Program-made: the position numbers and the translations under genes
Notes under the pieces: model-generated
The model's input: only the letters and a program-made list of their open reading frames with translations
Database searches by the model: none
Told to the model about the DNA's origin: nothing
In this document: in pieces, positions 41,101 through 54,989 of the stretch
Position numbering within the stretch: position 1 is the stretch's first letter
Layout of the letters: the number at the start of each line of letters is the position of its first letter
Source: Phoronis australis
Taxonomy: Eukaryota > Animalia > Phoronida
Reading direction: 5' to 3'
Assembly: GCA_002633005.1 (NCBI GenBank)
Contig: NMRA01000067.1
Location: 372,010-436,009 of the forward strand
DNA: 64,000 bases

Positions 41101-42859
41101 TTTTCAATTTGCTATACGTTGCATTTTCAAAGTTATTTGTCCATACTACAATACAAATATTAATCACTAATTACTTTTGTAAAACATGAACGCTGACCTG
41201 ACGTCTGATCCGACGCCAAATCAGACGTACCGTAATTAACGTTTACAAGGCAGTCACGCATTTCTAAGGATAGGCGGGAATTTTCACCGTTCGTCCTTCT
41301 GAGCGGCTTGTACCAGGATCAAAGAGAGCAGGGAGCTGGAATCAGGTACAATTGTGATGACCGGATTGCCCAATGCGAGCAAGACCCAATTAAATGTAAT
41401 TATCCAACCATAAGCTGTATTTAGACATCTTTGACTGTACATAGTGGCGAATTTTCAAAATGCATTAACCTCTAATTTTCGTTATAAACGAACACCACCG
41501 AACGGCGGTATTCAGCTGGAAAAAACAACCAAGTACGGTTTTCGATTTTTAAAAATCGATGAAGTAGCAATCTAAAAACTACAACCATTGGGTACGATTG
41601 AAGATAAACTACCGCGCGTATTGATATACTCGGTGGATATACAAACGCTGATCAGAGTAAACAATATCACATGGATTCATTTTTTAATATTCTTTCAATC
41701 TCATTTAACCAGATTTTTGACCAGGAAACAGTTGTTGTGCCCACATTTCATTTTTTTACTGACAAAGAGATAGAATAGTTATATAGTCAGTGCCACCGAT
41801 TCCAAATCTTCAGTTGGTTATCAACATATTTGCACTTTTGTATATATTTTATGATTTGAGTTCTAATAAAGATTAAATTTTAATGACACGTGAAATGTTT
41901 AGTGTACCTGTAATGTGGCAAGTTTAGGAATGGACTCACAATGAACTTAACTAATTAAGTTGAGCTGGCGATCAAAATCTACCATTGTTTTGGTACTTCA
42001 AGTTAAAAACTTCGATAAAAAGTTATCAACCCGTTCCCGGTAAGAAAAAAAAAATAAGTGGGCAGAGGCATTAAAAATTAAATAAAGAAAACCAATATGA
42101 AACTCATCGTTCCTTTGGGAAGTGGCCCTTCGTGAAGATAAACACAAGTTAACCTTTTTAGTCATTTTGTAATATTTATAATGTACTAAGTTAAAACTAC
42201 TCTCCAGAGTTGCAGGCTTTAATTCTGCAAATGTCAGAGAAAACCAAATTGGGGGTACTAACAACAACCATTGTTGAGACAGTAATGCTAGCAATTACAT
42301 TTCCACTTCATTAGCTCAGATCTTCATCAATACAAAGGGCGTGCTGAATAGGCATCGTAAAAGTTGTCTGAGGCTTAGGGAATCAGAGCGGTAACCAGTG
42401 TAAGCGAGAAATTCTCCACATGGACGGCAGATCTGCCCTTTTATCTCAAGAAGTTTACGTTCCCATACCGTGATTTGTGGTTAGGCTCTGCCAACCCATG
42501 GTGACTGCACGTGATTGGTTAGAAGTGTAACATTTCACCACTGACGTTGGGCTAATTTCTCGTAAGACGGTGTATGGTACGCCTCGGTGGACAATAGTTT
42601 TAAGCGTTCAGATGGGCCTTGTGACCAGACGCCCTATCTTCATTCTGCACCTGAACGCTGCATTAGTGAATGAATGTGTGCATAACAAGGCCTGGAACAA
42701 CTTTATATTTAAACACCACGTGACAACGAACAAACTCACGCATAATTTCTAATCACAAAAGATGAAAATGCGAGCTGGCAAAAGGGTAAAGACATATAGT
42801 AAATTGTAAATGACTCTCAACTTAGTACCGTTTGTTTAAAGTCTGTAGAATTTTGACTT

Positions 42860-45800
42860 TTAGGAACATATTGATTTGATGAGATTGAATAGAAATTTAC
42901 AGAATTTAGTATGCCACTTTTGTTTTGGAGCGTCAGATAGCTTCAGATTTCGGACAAATGTCGGGGGGTTATTGTGATTAAAGAGAGACACTTTCACGTT
43001 GCAATACTGTTTGCCAATGACGTGAGCGAATTTCACAAAGTGACGTTTACTGAAGCGAGAATTTACGTCAGGAATATGTGCAAATGGTTCTTTGGCTTCA
43101 ACGTAAAACAAATCTTTATCTTTTTGGGGATACAAGACTAGTTTTCCATTTTTGCCGTAATTCATCTGCAATCGCCCGTCTTTATTTTTAACAATAGTAA
43201 GATTACCAAGAGCAAAGTTTCCAAATGTGCCGAGATAGTAATCAATGGGCCGCGAAAGTGCGCCATCTTTTGGAAAAATGATACTAGCCGATCTGTAGTA
43301 AAAGTCGTCTGCTTTTCCCCATGGTTGAGGATAAGAACATATAGTAGCATTTACTAGCCAAGGTGTGTCTCCTAACAAAAGGTCAAGGATGAAGTTGTGT
43401 AACAGAACGTTGGCTTTTACGGCAGGGATCGACGAGGGTCCGTTTCCTACACTGTAGATGGCGCTCTTTTTTCCTGGTATGTATGTCAAGAAACCGTCGT
43501 GGCCCACCAGATTACCAGCGTGTGAGATGATTTTCTGGCCTAGGAAAGTTAAGAGAAACAACACCGTCAATCAAGCCTACACACACATGCACGCACATAC
43601 GCACACAGACAGCACGTATTGCCAAGATACATGAATCAGACGAAAATGTGAAACATACCATGTTTTTAAACAGGCATTTTCTTACGTGCACAACCAGAAT
43701 GGGCATTTTAAACTTCAAATTCTTCATTGAATTCCTTTAATTTTCGAAAAGAGTAAACATAATATTGAAAGAACTAGTTTGTGTTAAAATTCGTTTGATA
43801 AGGCGTTTTAAATTGAATGTAGGAGGAATCATCAATAACCTTAGTTTAATGTTTATTTTAGAACGAAATGTCGTATTACATTATGCAGTTTCAGTTATTC
43901 AAAAGTTACACTGCATCATCAGAATCCAATAGAAACATGTCCGCGTGCAAGACTACAATACGTTTATTTGTATTAAAGGCCTCTGGCCCAAATTACAATA
44001 AACAAAAAAATTAATTCGGCACATTTGCATACGAAGTCAACCCATTTAAAAGTTGTTCTCGTCTTTTAAGGGCAGAATACACACATTTAACAGATATATC
44101 TGGATTAGCTAGCAGGCGTATACAGCTGTATGCATGCAAGACTATTTCTACAACTATGACCTTATTTCTTGTCGTCTCAAAAAATGAAGCTTTCGTATGA
44201 CGGTATAGAAATAAAATGAAAGCGACTTCACAGGGCGGGAAAATTCGGTTGAAAATGGTGGTCGCTAGGATTGATTGCATGCAGTTTAATTGTCATAACG
44301 CGTCCCTTTTCGTATTTAGGCTTGTTCACTGGTTTAGTCTGGAATATGTCAAAACGCGCAACCGTGTGTAGCCTAAACCAAATATCAAGAGCTGAAGTTG
44401 CTGGTAGCGATAGTCAATAGAATAACGACAGTAAATTTGAAATAAAGCTTTACCTTTATACCAACCGACAGTCCAACCTTTGGCATAGTTATCCAGCGAA
44501 TGTGTATAGGGGGCGCTTTTTAGAACAAATGCACCGCCAAACCAGGGTTGAGGTACCACCATGACTGGGTAGAACACGCTGCGAAGAGACTTCGAAGATA
44601 TCACTATTCGGTTGTCGTCTGCCCTACCCTCAGAGGCCAAGAACTTGAGATATTTCGCCATGTCTTCAACTGTAGAAGATATCGAACCCGCGGGTCCCAC
44701 AGCCCCAACGCCTCTAGAAAATGAAACGACAGTCTTCACTCATTACAGAGGATTTCGAATTTCCGACTGAGGAAATTCTGTAGGAAATATCTAGTTGACT
44801 GTTCGTAAACAACAGCTACCTGCACTGAGTCTGCGTTTGGTGTCAAAACGCAGTGTTTTCTTGTGTGGCATTTTCGCGACACTTTTGAAAAACGAACTTT
44901 GGAATTCCTAGAGTGACAAAAGCTCCATTAGTTCTCAGGAAAACCATTCGCTGGAAGTCATATTTCACAGGATCTCTGTGAGCATTTTAGGACACCCTCT
45001 ATAGATCATGTGTTATCGTGTCAAAATTGTGTGTGAGACCAAAAAGTCGGAATATGCCTACATTCCCACATCCCAGAACGGTATACGAGGTACGGAACAA
45101 TGAAGTTTTCATCGGTCTACTGAGTTTTTGAAATCAAAAGCGGCCTCTATCGTTGACACTTCTGAGCCTCAATCGGACAAGTGAAGAACGTTTCATGACA
45201 ACAAACTCAGTTTTTCAAAGTCGGGGTACAGGTATGTCTAGCGCGTGCAACTTGATCATCGACTGTACAAAAATCTTAACTTGTATCAGCATGACAAGTT
45301 GTAAATTCCTGTTAATGAACAAAGGTGATTACCATCATGGTTACCATGACAGCAGAGTTTACACAATACCTCACGGATGCGTTGCATTGTGGGTAAATAC
45401 CGAAAAATCAGTATTTCGGTACTGGTCACACATCCAGTCTCTCTTAACATTAGAGTCTGGTGAACACGTTTGGCACAGTAACAGTTCTTGGACGGTGAAT
45501 CAAAGATTAAATCAACCAGTGTACTTAAATCAGCTAAAAAGGCATGGTGTTACAACATCAACTGGCGTAACTCAGTCACAATCCATTGATAAACGCGATT
45601 AAGGATCACCATACTCTTGGCTGACCACAGTGTCTGCACTGGAACAGGACAGATCTTATTTTGGTTTTTAGTACTTCTGTTTCAGTCTGCCTAGGTTATC
45701 CAAAGGGGAACATCCAGCAGTTGAAAGCATTTAGCAACAACTGAATAAATATTTGCCATTTTGAAATGTTGAAATGATCATACCGAATGGTATCGTTTTC

Positions 45801-48800
45801 GAGATGTAGACAGCCAGTAGAGGCTGGATGCGAGACTATTCAGGAAGTGTCTGTTAAATTACTTAAACGCACCTGAGAGCTCGAGGATCCCTCAACGTCC
45901 AGTTGGCACTTTTGCTATATTTCACATAGGCTTTGGCAAAGTTTGTCCAGTCGGGTGCTTGTTTGTCGTAGAATGTGGACATTGTCATACCGAGAGGCTT
46001 GAATATTCTTTCCTCCATGAGCGTTTCCCAAGCTTTACCGCCCAATGCTTCACTCAGCTTGGCAGAAATAGAAAATACGACGTTGTTGTAGCGAATAACA
46101 TCTCGGAAGCCTGCCTTATACTTGGCACTGTTAAACTTGAGCCGCCTGAAATATTAAATATTGAATTCCGTGAGATAAAGCAATTAAGGCATCCTTATAG
46201 CGTTAGCATCGTGATCGTCGAATAAATCGAGCAGGTCAAAACAGTTAAGAGCCATTCCACGAGAAAATCAAAAGAAATCAAAATCACTCTAGGGGTCATC
46301 TTCCAGATTCAACTTAAACTTTGTGTATGTGATCATGGTGTTGCTGTGGTACTAAAAGCACCAATTTTGCACCTATTGACCTCTTTAGTTTTTACTTATA
46401 GGCCTTTAAAGGTTTATGAAGAAAATGACACATTTTTGCAAACTGAAAACAGAAAGTTGCAAATATAAAATATGTAGATTGGCGGAAATGAGGGAAAACA
46501 CATAATAGCATTAGAAAGTGGGACATGATGACTACCAAATGAGAGTGATTTCGCTGCATTCATCACGTGCCATGGGAGGTAAATCCATAAGCACTTTTTG
46601 GTAGTGTTCAAAGTGGGTGTCACTCAAGTGCTTCTACCAGACAGTTTGCGGCGCTGTGGACATTGAAATATATGTTTTTGGAGAGATATTGGATATGTGA
46701 ACAAATTTAAAAAATCTTTTGAATGGACTTTCTTTAATTTTTTGTTCTAAGAAATACTCAAACGTTGCGTATTCTACACTTTTTACATTTAAAATGGTTT
46801 CAAGAAAATAATTAATGCGAATCTTACATTTTAGGGACCATAATGCTGTCTGACATATCCCTATTACCATTTCATCGGGCAATGAGCGTTCATAACTGAC
46901 CGTGAGTCAGAGATTACGCAGGCACAAGTGATGACAAAAAAGGCCTAGTGCCAATACCCAAAACGGTTGGCGACCTTAGAGACACTTTTTAGGCTAACAT
47001 GAATAATTCATATGGTTTTTAAGGAAATAGTTCTGATTTGTGCAGAATATCAAGGTAATTTAGATTTTATTTATAGAAAAAGGTCTTTAGAACTAAGGGT
47101 TCTAGGCTGTATGAAGCGGTTGAAACGAAAATTGTGTTTTCGGTTTGAAGACAAAAGCCTAGATCATAGGAAAGGTGTTGATGTCTGATATACAAAATAT
47201 GAACAAACTATCAAAATCGCATGGTGCATTCAAAAGATATCGCCATTTATGTGTCAAACGTTTACTTTGTTTTGGTCGGGTCGGCCATCTTGCGATGTCA
47301 ACAGCATAGGTTCAGGATTTAAAGTACTTAAAGGTTATTTTCAAAAAATTAATATTCTCGGGTAAAATTTAGTACTGCATATCCCTACCTACCATTCTGT
47401 ACAACCCAAGAGTTAGCACCAGAATTTAATCACGAAGGTGGTTAAAGTGTTCATAATTCACGTTGGACAACATGGCGATTTTCTGAACTGAAAGGCATGT
47501 TCAACCGGCTACATTGTCATGGATGAAGATTTAAGTATCATACATGTGTATGCACACTGCTACACAAAGCGCTTTTGTACAGTTTTCCGGTGCTTTTGCC
47601 CTAACTATTATGAATCTGCTGTTTCTTTAAATATGAAATGCCAATCGAATTGACCTTGCACTCCGCTGAATTCTGTTGAAATTGTTTTAAAATGGTTTTT
47701 TGTTTGAAAGCCAACTTCTGTTGAAAGTATGATTATGTTCACATTAGGACACATATTTTTCTAAATTCCATGCATAAAATAGGATTTTGATTCATGTCTT
47801 GTAACTGATTACTTTCTACTTTAAGATATATCAAAGTAACAAAGTGTGAAAAATCTTCTTTGATTTACAGAAATGGGTTAAACTTGGATTATGAAGTGTG
47901 AATCCTTCTGCCTTGTAGCTTCATATTATTTATTATCATGCTTGTCAAATTCTAGTTTAAGGAGGAAGCTTTTACGGTACTCAGTCGCCATGGTAACAAT
48001 TGTGTATGTCTACTTTCATAGTTAAGGTGAACTTGGTTCAGTCCCTAATCCTAAAAAATTCCAAAACACATTCTAAGTTACTTACTGTGACAAAAGGCTG
48101 TTAGGATCATTTTAGTTTGCGTACTAATTTGTTCTGAGATCACTTTGCTGGGTGTAAGCCTTAGTTACAATGAAAATTTTGAAACCCGTGCATCCAATAT
48201 TTTTAAGAAATGTCATTTTTGTCTCTCGTGGGAGTGTGACAACAAGTGACAACAACAGATTTGGCATCGGTTAAACAATTATCATCCTGTAAAAATGACA
48301 AAACTCAGATTGTGTGACTTTATATATTATTAAGAAATGCATGCGCGCACCCAGCCTTCAATTTGGGAGGGATCGAATTCCCCGGCGTTGTGGACCTTTT
48401 GCTTACAAAAGAGCGGGCGGACTAAAAAAAAATCGGAGCACCCCAGTGAATTCCGCATTTGGCTTATTTAGTGAAATTTTTGTCCCATTTCCTCGGACTT
48501 TTTGTCTCTCGGGGGCGGATCTTTTTGCCCACTTCGACAAATGGGGGGGGGCTCGTTCGAGCCCCCCGAGCACCCGCTGGTTGCGCGCACGTAATGATAA
48601 TCCGGTAATAAGATGGACGTTACTAGGGCACCAGTTAGCAGCTGACGGGGAGCACGGGTTAGACGTATGAACGATTTCCAAAATGCTAAAACTGTCACTG
48701 GTGTGGCAGCTCAGGTTAGACTCATTGGAAAACATGCATGTAAATAATATTAGTTTTTGGCCAAATTAGAAGCAAGAAGTGGAAAACAAAAACGATGCTA

Positions 48801-51800
48801 CAGTGCAGCATGTAAAGGGCGTTTCGATATTAATCAAAAGTCATCCTCAGGTACAATAGTAGAAAGAAAACAAAATTTCTTAACAGAATTGGATTAATAT
48901 TGAAACGTCGTTCTCAAAAATGCATGTGGCTTGGTTTTTCGATGAAATGTTTGGCCAAATTTCATAAAATTTCACCAAAAAATCTAGTTATATAAACTGC
49001 CACCGGGGGGCCAGCAGTTGTCAAAGTATCTAAATACTGACGTCGACTGATTTGACCATCATAGAGACATATTTGCAAAAATTAATGAAGCCCTTTATGA
49101 GGTTTATGAGATACAAATAGTTTTAAAGTACATCATCACCTAATTTTTATAGTTCTGCTTATCTGTAACGCTGTATTTTTTCTTTCTTATTCTCTGGTGG
49201 CTCCGTGGTCAGCGGACCTCTCGGGTCCTTCACGGAGTCTCCATAAGCGTAAATTTGTATCAACTGTATTTTTTGGTTTTTGACTTAAAGTGAATAAAGT
49301 GTATTACTACTACTACTACAGCTGCATACTGCCCGTAGTCAGGCGCCGTAAAACACGCGATGGAATGTCTTTTCTATCGGCTGTTGCATGAAAGCAAACA
49401 AAAAACCCATTTATTTTATTTTGTCAGCAAACTGATGAAAAATATTATTGGATATCACCAGAACCCCGCAAACTGGCCCCCAGAGCACCTCAAAAATGAC
49501 TAAAAATCAAACACACAAAATTGGGCAAAATTTACCGAATTTCGGCGCTCCAGTTAAGGTTAACGGAAACCCTTGTCTTCTGATACAGAGATTCAATATG
49601 TACACAAAGATTATAAGGATTTTTTCTTTTCCGTTCTTTTAAGACGTTTTAAAACAACTTCACTAACTGAATCTTTCTGAATCAAAAATGGGTCATTTTG
49701 GGCCAAAATATTCATGATGCTCTAACTTAACAAATAATGGCCCAAAATTTTCACTTTGAACATATCCCACCAAGGTGTATGTTACACACAACTTTTTTCA
49801 TAGATCTGAGTCGGTAACCCTAGGATCGACCTTTTGGTGCTCTCGTGGCAGTTAAAACTTGTTTCAGTTTATTGTACATGATTTTAGAATGTCTTAGGCT
49901 CGAAATCAGTATAAACAAAGAACAAAACAAACAACAGCGGTAAAGACGTATTTCAGGGTGTACTGTCTAATGTCACTGAGATGACTAGATTCGAGGACGA
50001 AGTTGCAATTCAAGCTCGGTCAAGGTTACTGAAGGTTAGAAACACCTAGTTATTAACATTGGGGGTAATTTATATTGGGGATTGAAATTTAAAAGACGTT
50101 CGTCAACAAGCTCGGCCAAGCTCACTTAAAGTCCTTGTTGCAAACTGCCCATGTGGTTCTAGTATCCGAAAATACTTACTACATAAATTCTTATTTTCGT
50201 CACCCTTTCTTTATATTCTTTTCGCCTTTCTTGCCAAAAGCGATTTTTAACAGTATTTGACCCTACTCTCTGAGCGTATGATTACCGGTTGTCATCGGTT
50301 ATTTCTGTACCCACGTAAATTACGTGCGTAAATTAACTTTAATTTACGCCTAAATAATTAACTAAGTCACTAACAAGAATTAATTTACGCCATTAAAAGT
50401 TGATTTACGCCGCAAAATGATAAATTTACGCCACGAACAAGAATTAATCAAAAGTTAATTTACGCTGCAAAATAAATAAGTCACGCCCTTAAAAGTTCTT
50501 GATTTACGCCGCAAATAATTAATGTACGCAGTTAAAAGTTTACGCCGCAAAATAATAAAGTTACGCCGCAAATAATTAGTTCACGCCGTTAATAATTAAT
50601 TTACGTCACTAACAAGAATTAAGAATTAATTTACGCTACGTAATTTACGTGCGTAACGTTCATCCGTTTGGCCAACGACACTTGCCTGAACAGGTCGTCC
50701 CTGTTGAGTTCATCAAGTAGCCAAGGGAGGTCATTCGATATGATTCCAGTCCTGTGCGCCGCGATGTCCGTAATTGTGATCGTCTGCGTCAAGAACTCAG
50801 TCTCTAGCTCAAAATCCGGCAGAATGTCTTTCACTGGTGTTTCCCAAGATATTCTGAAAAAGAAAACGCTTTCTGTTCACGATACCTCGGGCTATCATAG
50901 TCCCCTCGGACTATCATAGTCTGAGATGAGGACCAGTTATGAAATTTTTCACGTTTCGAAATGTGATGCCGAAGCACTCATCTCCGGCCACCATAGCTGT
51001 CCCATCTCGTTGACATTGATGTCTTGTGACTAATTTACGTTTTAAAGACAAATCAAACATTGGTTGCCTTTTCAAGTGACCTACTAATCATGAAATTAAC
51101 ATTGTTATCAATAGCTATTGTGGCATGTAGCGACAAGAAAGACGTGAATACGCAAAACTAAGTCACGTTGATTAAATGTATTCTTGACCAAGGCACATCA
51201 AACTCACGCATTCATTCTTTCTCTCGATTCAGGTTAACATCCCGTCTAGGGATTTGACATACTTTAATCTCTTTAAGCTATAGAAATCGGAATTAGCAAC
51301 TGTCCCAGTCGGGGATCGATCGGAAAATTTTTTACACGGCGACCGAAATGGTAGCAGAGTTACTCCTTAAACATGTACTTCCGGGTCACCTTGACAAGGG
51401 GGTACAAGGGGTGTCAATTTAAAACCAGGTGCTTGGTAGTCGCTCAAGGCGTCACCGGCTAGGGTCAGATTCATCTCCTAAGCATTCTTTGCGTCATAAA
51501 CAAATGTTCCGTTCTCACTGAGTTGAAAGAGCATGTTTGTTAAGTATATGGGCATCACAATTAAAAAGGTCATCATAGATGTCGTTCTTTGTTATTTTGG
51601 AGCTTAGTATCCTAACCGCTGTACCGGGTAGGTCCTGGTATAATGTTCAAGGAAGGTTAAAGATCAAAATTAAGGATTAAATCTTAGAGGTGGCAATGAC
51701 CACGGAGAGCCGATTCAGGACCATGGCTAAGGTCCAATGACAGATATAGAGCGTTAAACATTGTAACGGGGAGCTAACCACAGCGACAATTTAGCAGCTG

Positions 51801-53061
51801 CCTTACACGTCATGATAGGCCCACATAGCCTCACAAGGTCCGTTGCAACTGCAAAATAGGGGCATATTTAACAGTTGCAGTTGTGCAAATAGAATAATTT
51901 AGGTGTAATTGCTTAATACGGGAATTGCAATGACTGGGAACGAGGTGACTCCCAAGATCGGGTGCTTCCTGTTTATAAGTGACTTAAGAAATTTCAGCTG
52001 TGTATGTACTACAGCCCAAGCGTTTTTCATGAAATTATTTTAGAGAACTCAAGCTATGAACATGAAACAGCGTCCATCTGTTAACTAACTCCTCAGGTGC
52101 AGTTGGACGTCAGTTTATGAATAAATCACGCATTTAAGCATCGAAGCGTACGTCAGTTAACTAAATTACTTATTAAACACCATCCATTTGTTGAATATCA
52201 CACCAGGAATGCGTCAGAAACTCATCGCATAAACATAAATCTTTTCTACACAAATAAATTACACATTTAGTGACTATTACCCTAAAAATCTTTCATTTCA
52301 CCAAAAAGTAAGCCCTGCGTTTGTACTCCCAATACAATCCCTATAGCTACAACCACCTTTTGGCATTTGAATGTAGCGTCTACGCACCGTTAGTTACATT
52401 CAGTGCTCAAGGTGATACGGTAGGCTTTATGCGCCTACTTTCCTCTAATTTCACCACTACAGCACTGGATAGCTACATAAACAGCTAGTGGATGCATTTA
52501 GCGGGCGTAAGAGCGCAGGCCAAATAAATTTAATTTAAAAATTGTCGTTGACCCCCTGGTGACAATCCGCTAGATCTGCAACAAGAAAAAACAGCGTCAT
52601 CAATCGCTGTCAATTAAAGTATCGCGACCTCGAGCGCCTTTTATGGACAGCACGGTTTCAAGGAGTGATATTTGTGAATACGGTGGGCTTTCTACTCACC
52701 AACTAGTGGAAAGTAAAGCTGAAGCTAATCTGAAGGTTATTTCGTATATTTACCCTTTCTCGTTCATCAACAAGGCGAGTAAAGTTGCCGACATCTGTTT
52801 GGAGACAGATGCTATTGCAAACAAGGTCTTGTCCGTGAACGGTACATTATTTTCGACGTCAGCGAGACCGTACCCCTTCTGAACGACAGTCTGGCCGTCC
52901 ATAACAACCGCCACTCCCATCCCGGGTACATCACGACACCTCATCAGCTGCGAAACCGCTCCATCAATGTCTTGAAGCTGTTGCGAGCTCAGGACACCGA
53001 GCACATCTTGCCCGCGCAAAACTAGAAGGAGTAGAATCTTAATGAAATAATATGATTCCAT
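42860..53061 (-). CDS. Secreted serine beta-lactamase-like / penicillin-binding-fold hydrolase (PF00144-type), 562 aa: complement(join(42860..43539,44454..44713,45873..46145,50686..50853,52754..53061))
   Basis: Hydrophobic signal peptide (FIKILLLLVLRG); VPGMGVAVV..GYGLAD; catalytic S-x-x-K (FAIASVSK); WETPVKDILPDF..ITITDIAAHRTG; Y-x-N (IRYNN); IFKPLGM; GPAGSISSTVEDMAKYL; H-x-G (ISHAGN). Intron phases 2,2,2,1 are all compatible, and the total of 1689 nt is a whole number of codons. Intron 2 needs a GC donor. Confidence 0.92.
48340..48591. mobile_element. 252-bp MITE (catgcgcgcacccagc family) in a beta-lactamase-like gene intron
   Basis: catgcgcgcacccagc ... gctggttgcgcgcacg; flanks aaatg/taatg; same TIR as 15654-15760. 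Confidence 0.7.
49193..49319 (+). mobile_element. Possible 3' end of a LINE/SINE (stem-loop, AATAAA, (TAC)n tail)
   Basis: Hairpin ctccgtg-gtcagc-ggacc-tctcg-ggtcc-tt-cacggag, followed by gaataaagtgtattactactactactac. Confidence 0.4.
50313..50656 (+). repeat. Irregular AT-rich minisatellite (tttacgcc core, ~20-30-bp spacing) bounded by a 19-bp direct repeat
   Basis: About 13 ttacgc/tcacgc/ttacgt cores; acgtaaattacgtgcgtaa (50313-50331) and acgtaatttacgtgcgtaa (50638-50656) at the ends. Confidence 0.8.
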
Positions 53062-54989
53062 TTCAATTGTCCGCTTGTTTTCTGTTATCGGACGAAAATG
53101 TCATCTATTGTGAACGATGGCGGTGAGAGGGCGCTTAGATAACGTCCGGCGTGGAGAGTTGCTCAAAAAGTTTCAGAACGTAAGTCACTACCTTATCCGG
53201 TGAAGCACACTTGTAGCAATGTGAACCATAAATTAGACAAGCGCAGTCCACGTGATAGATTTCTCACGTAGCTTCAGCCCTGACGCCCTCTGAAATGATC
53301 TATCGTCACTATACCACCAGTAGTCAATTAACTGCCCCCAGTTTATCACCACTGTTATGCGGACGAATAACTGCGTTTTCTCAAAAATATTTTCAATAGT
53401 GAGCACCGATATGCTATTGGGAAAAGTGATTTCCTTAAATCATAGATTATATTCTATGCTTAAATAGACGTGCAAATATGACGTGGGATTGTTTCAAACC
53501 TTGTTTACGTGCCTTTGTGCAGCCTTTCAAAACATAACACGAAACCTTCAGTGAAACTGATGCGGGCGACCGTTTCAAATTTTGTTTTGCAATTCTCAAA
53601 GTTCCCATTAGACTTCATTGAATTTCGAGCTCGCCTTCTTTCATATCGCAATCATGTGCTGCTCTGCGAGCACGTCACGGAATATGTAGACATTCTAAAC
53701 CTTTTCGTTTCATCTGGATTTTGATGTCACATTTGTTATCAAATAACCGCCAAGTTTATATCAACGAGGTTAATGCAAGTCTGTATCAAGGCATCGTATT
53801 TCCTCCATCACGCTATGGTACAAAGGTGTACTTTCAAAGAGTAAGATGTTTACTGACTCTCTATCAAGGAGAGTAGTACACTCCTTGCTTTCTACGCCTG
53901 TCTACGTCATTTGCGCACTCTTTAGCGCGTGTACCCTGAACGTGCTGACACGCAGCTTGTGATTGCAACTATGTTTGTTGATTGCTTTGCATTAAAAACG
54001 ACCGTTGCGTCACTCCAGAACATGACTTATTTCCTAAAATCTAATCGAATTTTCCTTTGTCTATGTCGCAGATCTCCTGGAGGCTTTTTCAAAATTTCTC
54101 CACAACGTTTTGGGAAGAAAATTGGTAATAAGCTGACCAAATGAGTAGCCAACATACGCACAAAAACCACATAGCATAAATTGTGTGATTCTAAATAATG
54201 AAATCACGTTATATTTGGCACGTGTGTTATCGAACGTGTCACCAACTCGCCGTTTATATTTTTGGTTCTACTGTAAATTTTCTGTTTTGCCATATTTTCT
54301 GTTCCAAGCTCCAATGTTAACACAGTGAACTGTTGATAAATGAAGAACTTCGGCAAGCCACAAACGAAATGTTTCGTAGGCAACGCTCCGTCAAGTGTGT
54401 AACAATTCTCGACAAAAAGAAGCGAAGAAAGTCGTCTCAACAGGTACAAGTAGTATCCCTGAGAAAAAACTCCAAAACTCGTGAACAAAATGGACTTGAT
54501 GATGTCAAAACTATATCCAATGTAAAACGGAAATCAAAGGTGGGTTTGGTATGCCGTAAATTCTTTTCTGTGACATTTCGATCCGAATACTATGATTACA
54601 GATTGAAGTTAAATGACTCAATGATACTTGAACTCCAGTGCTGTTCAATTTTCTGGAAAGTTCGACACATTTTCAACTTTTTGGTACTTTCTTAGGCCCT
54701 ATAAGCTCTGAATATGCAAATCGTACATGGTTTAATAAAGCACATTTGCAGAGTTTATAAATAAAGCCGTGTAGTAACGATATATCAAGAGGGCAAAACT
54801 TTAGACGCGTTTAAAGACAATGATATCACTTCGGTCGGGTGAAATTGTTGAGCCACGATCGACATCCTCACAATCCACCATGTCAAACAACATTTGCAGG
54901 CCTTCGCTTTTATTAACTTTTTTATTTTTCACTAAGAACTTTTAAGTAAATAGTCAAAACTATATTGCATGTTATTTCCTCAAAACGAC

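Noticed and set aside
25700-42800. Venus flytrap exons of a GABA-B receptor, or a transposase / reverse transcriptase gene
   Set aside because: No ORF or exon-sized segment I read shows such motifs, although very small or divergent exons could be missed by eye.
50313-50656. CRISPR-like array of short repeats
   Set aside because: It lies in a eukaryotic intron, the spacers are similar to each other and irregular, and there are no cas genes; it is a minisatellite.
52694-52753. 30-nt micro-exon or alternative donor (TTG|gtgagt) after beta-lactamase exon 1
   Set aside because: It needs a 24-nt intron and creates TGA on joining exon 2; using the donor alone includes the TAA at 52750.
54333-54695. 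120-aa basic ORF upstream of the beta-lactamase-like gene
   Set aside because: Non-ATG start, A-rich composition, no recognisable domain or exon structure.
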